From the NCBI RefSeq assembly GCF_003918875.1, contig NW_025767547.1:124001-188000 (forward strand): DNA of 64,000 bases. Direction: 5' to 3'. Origin of the DNA: Haliotis rubra. Lineage: Eukaryota. The position numbers were made by a program, and so were the translations under genes. The notes under the pieces are model-generated. The model ran no database searches. It was not told the origin of the DNA and saw nothing but the letters and a program-made list of their open reading frames with translations. Positions 62,491 through 64,000 of the stretch are shown one piece after another. Positions within the stretch are counted from its first letter, which is position 1. The number at the start of each line of letters is the position of its first letter.

Positions 62491-63045
62491 GTGAGTTCCT
62501 ATTATGTACCCACTGAGATCACTGTAAAGGCCAAGATGTATGCTAAATATTGTCCATGTTAATTCACAGTGCATAACATTTATGAGATCTTTACATTTGT
62601 TGACCATATTTTATGATTTTGGGTTTGAGGAATCTATATTATCTATGAACTGAGTGTGTGTCATGTATCCGACTTTATGCAGATGATCTAGTCTGTTTAA
62701 TATTCTGCTGTTTACAGACAGCAAACGGTGCGTGTTGTTCTGTGTGTCAAATACTCAGCTGTATACCAATAATATAGTGGTGGCGAGTTGGCCTAGTGGT
62801 TAAAGCGGTCACATGTCACTCTGAAGGCGCAGGTTCATTTTCCACAATTTGTGAATCCCATTTCTGTTGTCCCCCCGACATGATATTGCTGGAATATTGC
62901 TAAGACTGGCATAAACTAACCACTCGGTGTCGAATCACAAGGCAATGGTGTAGAGGGTTGTTTATCATTAATCCCTATTGGAGGCACTGCTCAGAGAAGT
63001 GCTTTCCTTAGCTCATCGTTGACAAGTGTCTTCATCTGAGCCTTG

Positions 63046-63406
63046 TTATTTGATAATGTGGTAGATGAAAGTATCATGTTTTTTTCCATATTCAGTTTGA
63101 AATATGAAGTTATCATCTTTAGTGTAAGAAAATAAATATTCCTTATGTACAGACCTCTTGATTATGTTCTCTTTTGAAATCTTGGAGGTCCATTTTGTTT
63201 TGTTGGAGGCAATTTTCCAGTCTGCAGCATGTGTAGCTATGTTTGGTGAACGGTTATTCATGCGGCCTTCCATATCCTTTAGTTTGCCTTCCATCTGCGA
63301 TTGCAACTTCTAAAGAACCGCGGCAGCCTTGGCCGCTTGATCAACACCTCACTTTTGGAGCTGACAAACTGTGTCGTCACCACTCATAGACGAATTGTCA
63401 GCCATA
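63046..63406 (-). pseudogene. Exon-like, stop-interrupted coding relic of unknown family
   Basis: Acceptor TTTTTGTTTCAG then ATG at 63405: MADNSSMSGDDTVCQLQK*GVDQAAKAAAVL*KLQSQMEGKLKDMEGRM... A candidate upstream exon lies at about 63812-63883. Confidence 0.35.
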
Positions 63407-63474
63407 CTGAAACAAAAATGCATTTTAATTAAAATCTACCTATTTATCAGCTCTAGTTCTAAAATCAATTATAT

Positions 63475-63680
63475 CTGGGGTAGAATTGATCTTCAGTAAC
63501 CCATGCTTAACGTAAGAGGCCACTAACGGGATCAGGTGGTCAGGCTCGTTCATTTGGTTGACACATGTCATCGGTTTCCATTTGCGTAGATCGATGCTTA
63601 TGCTGTTGATAACTTGATTGTCTGGTCCAGACTCATTGTTTACACACTGCCGCCATATAGCAGGAATATTGCTGAGGGTG
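63475..63680 (+). mobile_element. SINE family 2 copy
   Basis: CCCATGCTTAACGTAAGAGGCCACTAACGGGATC..GGTGGTCAGGCTCG core shared with the other copies. Confidence 0.8.
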
Positions 63681-63723
63681 GCTTTTGAGCAATTAGATTG
63701 ATAAAAAGCGATTTACAAATATT

Positions 63724-63745
63724 TGTATGTATGTATGTATGTATG

Positions 63746-63774
<29 letters not shown>
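63724..63774. repeat. (TATG)n microsatellite
   Basis: Seen directly. Confidence 0.95.
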
Positions 63775-63777
<3 letters not shown>

Positions 63778-64000
63778 ACTAAGCTCACTCACTCTGAAAT
63801 AAATGTTACTTACTTGGATATGTTCACGAGTGTAGTCCAGGTAGTATACTTTGAAAAGCCTATTAATATTCTATTCCATAGTGTCTGAAAAAAATGTTAT
63901 AGTATTTTAAATATATTTATTATATCAATAGCGAGAGTTAATGAGTTGTTTCTTCTATCAGCTAATAATGATAAAAATTCTAACCGCTTTTCATTTTCTT

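Overview
Eukaryotic, intron-rich, repeat-dense DNA. The SINE/HINE repertoire suggests a mollusc, possibly an abalone (inference). The window holds a tandem pair of plus-strand fatty-acid amide hydrolase (FAAH/VDHAP-like) genes: the last 6 exons of paralog A (607-5831) and a complete 17-coding-exon, 580-aa paralog B (29944-53803) with an intact Lys/Ser/Ser triad. Between them, on the minus strand, is a 4-exon Mab-21/cGAS-like nucleotidyltransferase (cGLR) with all catalytic motifs but apparent homopolymer frameshifts. Mobile DNA includes a near full-length CR1/L2-group LINE whose ORF2 carries an FMDV-like 2A peptide, an internally deleted DIRS1-type element with ITRs and ICR, relics of Harbinger, Gypsy, L2 and Tc1, many MITEs with clean TSDs, and two SINE families. 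The most unusual pattern is that kilobase-scale minisatellites in FAAH introns repeatedly start at, or contain, the exon end and 5' splice site. One array holds about 48 tandem copies of the exon-7 end plus its GTAAGC donor. All gene models were built by eye from GT-AG boundaries and frame continuity, without database searches.
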